Below are positions 62,110 through 64,000 of a stretch of 64,000 nucleotides of DNA, one piece after another. The stretch lies in NCBI GenBank assembly GCA_030429665.1, contig JAUIEZ010000006.1, positions 6,263 to 70,262 on the forward strand, written 5' to 3'. Under the pieces are notes generated by a model. It worked only from the letters and a program-made list of their open reading frames with translations. It did no database searches and was not told the DNA's origin. The DNA is from Gammaproteobacteria bacterium (GTDB taxonomy: Bacteria > Pseudomonadota > Gammaproteobacteria > Arenicellales > CAJQKF01). The position numbers and the translations under genes are program-made. Numbering within the stretch: the first letter of the stretch is position 1; each line of letters opens with the position of its first letter.

Positions 62110-63327
62110 ATGAAAATTATCGATATCGAGACCTTCGTCGTCGGCAATCCCGCGCGCGATTTCGGCGGTCGCTACTGGTTCTTCGTCAAGCTGATCGCGA
62201 ACGACGGTAGCGTCGGCTATGGCGAGGTATACGCCGCATCCTTCAGTCCGACCGTGGTCGACGCCATGGTGCGCGACGTTTTCGATCGATACGTGCTGGA
62301 CACCGATCCGTTTCGCATAGAGCACCTGTTCAGGCGCGCCTACTCCGCCGGTTACTCGCAGCGCAGCGATCTGTCGTTGATGGCGGTGCTGAGCGGATTG
62401 GAGATCGCGCTCTGGGACATCGTCGGCAAGGCGTTGGACAAGCCCGTCCACGCGCTGCTGGGTGGCAAGGTCCACGAGCGGCTTCGGGCGTACACGTATC
62501 TGTATCCCCGAGCCGGCGATACGGCCGACGTTTACGCCGATGCCGACCTGGCGGCGCGGCGGGCGGTGGACATGTTGGATCTTGGGTTCACCGCCATAAA
62601 GTTCGATCCCTGCGGACCCTATACCGCGTACGATCCGCGGCAGCCGGAAATCGCTGTGCTGGAACACGCCGCGGAATTTACCCACACCATTCGCGACGCG
62701 GTGGGAAGCCGCTGCGACCTGCTGTTCGGGACCCACGGCCAATTCACCGCGGCGGCCGCGATTCGCCTGGCAAGGCGCCTCGAGTCCGCCGATCCTATGT
62801 GGTTCGAGGAACCGGTGCCGCCCGAGAACATGGAGGCGATGGCAAGGGTGGCACGCGCCACGACCATTCCCGTCGCGACCGGCGAGCGACTCGCCGGCAA
62901 GCACGAATTCGCGCGTCTCCTCGATCTCGAGGCGGCCGCGATCCTGCAGCCGGCGCTCGGCCGGGTCGGAGGAATTCTCGAGGCGAAAAAGATCGCCGCG
63001 ATCGCCGAGGCGCATTATTGCCAGATTGCGCCGCACCTGTACTGCGGTCCCATCGAGGCCGCCGCCAACATCCAACTGGACGCCTGTAGCCCCAACTTCC
63101 TGATCCAGGAATGCATTCTCGATTTCGGCGGTTTCTACGGCGAAATCGTGGGTAACGCGATCCACTTCGAGGACGGCTATCTCGCCGTGCCGGACGGACC
63201 CGGACTCGGGGTGAGCCTGGACGAGTCCCTTGCCGCGGCGCATCCGTGGGAAGGCAGCGATTTGCATCTCATGGTCCAGGACCATCCGGGCGAGAGTGGA
63301 ACCTGGGGCTCGATAACGCCGGCATAA
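62110..63327 (+). CDS. enolase-superfamily enzyme (mandelate racemase/muconate lactonising family, acid-sugar dehydratase-like)
   Basis: MKIIDIETFVV, GYGEVY, LEIALWDIVGKALDKPVHALLGG, and FEEPV in the barrel domain. Confidence 0.85.
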   Translation: MKIIDIETFVVGNPARDFGGRYWFFVKLIANDGSVGYGEVYAASFSPTVVDAMVRDVFDRYVLDTDPFRIEHLFRRAYSAGYSQRSDLSLMAVLSGLEIALWDIVGKALDKPVHALLGGKVHERLRAYTYLYPRAGDTADVYADADLAARRAVDMLDLGFTAIKFDPCGPYTAYDPRQPEIAVLEHAAEFTHTIRDAVGSRCDLLFGTHGQFTAAAAIRLARRLESADPMWFEEPVPPENMEAMARVARATTIPVATGERLAGKHEFARLLDLEAAAILQPALGRVGGILEAKKIAAIAEAHYCQIAPHLYCGPIEAAANIQLDACSPNFLIQECILDFGGFYGEIVGNAIHFEDGYLAVPDGPGLGVSLDESLAAAHPWEGSDLHLMVQDHPGESGTWGSITPA

Positions 63328-63331
63328 TACC

Positions 63332-64000
63332 GTGTCAGTATCGACCAGCGATGCCGCACCGATTACCGTTTCGGCGGTCGGGCGCTATCTGCGCCAGTTT
63401 GGCTACCAGATTGTCGTAGGCCTGGTGTTGACTGCCCTGTTCGTGCTGCACGCCGGACGCTGGATGGAGATTCCGCTGATTCGCCAGTTCGAGAACATGG
63501 CCTACGACGTGCGCCTGCGCACGACCATGCCAAACGATCTCGACCGGCGGATCGTCATCGTCGATGTCGACGAGGCCAGCCTGGCGTCGGAAGGGCGCTG
63601 GCCATGGTCGCGAACGCGTATCGCCGAGATGGTCGATGCTTTGTTCGACGACTACGGGGTCAAGGTGGTCGGTTTCGACATGGTGTTCGCCGAGCCCGAA
63701 CGTCAGCAAGGCCTGGATGCCGTCGCGCGGGCCGCGCAAGACGCCGGGCGCGGCGACGTGATCGAGTTTGTCGAAGGCGTGGCCACGGCACCCGATCGTC
63801 GCCTTGCCGGTGCCGTCCGCGGCCGAAACGTGGTACTCGGATACTATTTCAACCAGTCCGGCGGTTCGGAAGCGGTGTCGGGAATGCTGCCGGAACCGTT
63901 GCTCCCAGCCGAGATTGCCGAGATGCTCGGCGTGCCGGCGCTCGAGGCCGCCGGTTACGGCGCCAACCTAGAGGTTCTACAGACTGCAGCGCGCGCTGGC
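63332..64000 (+). CDS. CHASE2-domain sensor protein, 3' end outside the window
   Basis: Not in the ORF track because it is open-ended. My translation from GTG 63332 gives VSVSTSDAAPI...YQIVVGLVLTALFVL (TM)...RRIVIVDVDEASLASEGRWPWSRTRIAEMVDAL...VVGFDMVFAEPE, the characteristic CHASE2 opening. There is no stop before nt 64000. Confidence 0.6.
   Translation, partial: MSVSTSDAAPITVSAVGRYLRQFGYQIVVGLVLTALFVLHAGRWMEIPLIRQFENMAYDVRLRTTMPNDLDRRIVIVDVDEASLASEGRWPWSRTRIAEMVDALFDDYGVKVVGFDMVFAEPERQQGLDAVARAAQDAGRGDVIEFVEGVATAPDRRLAGAVRGRNVVLGYYFNQSGGSEAVSGMLPEPLLPAEIAEMLGVPALEAAGYGANLEVLQTAARAG

Overview
High-GC (about 65%) proteobacterial chromosomal window, probably from a marine gammaproteobacterium (weak guess). 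It is densely coded: I support about 54 protein genes. By eye I found no rRNA, tRNA, CRISPR array, IS element, integrase or prophage signature. Function calls come from reading motifs in the supplied translations, because no BLAST or HMM search could be run. Start codons were refined using RBS and overlap logic. The main theme is one-carbon and methylamine metabolism. Left to right: an envelope two-component module (1-2936); serA-serC-DUF1015-serB (3112-7847); formate-THF ligase (7978-9657); a corrinoid-dependent methyl-transfer/methyl-THF oxidation module (9876-16022) with no visible substrate methyltransferase; crp, folE and DUF2797 (16079-18244); a minus-strand string of DeoR regulator, DUF4329 lipoprotein, small secreted protein, FAD oxidoreductase and saccharopine-dehydrogenase-like enzyme (23329 down to 18305); and a divergent 11-kb string (23563-34468) with a betaine-type ABC importer followed by a mirrored kinase-dehydrogenase / dehydrogenase-kinase set. 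After that come MFS, lepB, lutABC, an acyl-CoA synthetase, HIT, acuI, thioesterase, an unknown P-loop protein and metA. Next is a two-glycosyltransferase plus phosphatase cluster facing an ABC-exporter-like gene with a degenerate, expanded ATPase domain and an LD-carboxypeptidase. The window ends with purC, purL, recQ, an M24 peptidase, an enolase-superfamily enzyme and a CHASE2 sensor gene that runs off the end and is absent from the ORF track. Best candidates for something undescribed: (i) the transporter plus choline-kinase-like/DMGDH-like paired module, (ii) the degenerate ABC protein with a roughly 300-aa insertion and its glycosyltransferase neighbourhood, (iii) the DUF4329 lipoprotein with a translationally coupled secreted partner, and (iv) the orphan corrinoid module with DUF1638 and a small unknown protein. 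Whether any of these is truly new cannot be established without database searches.
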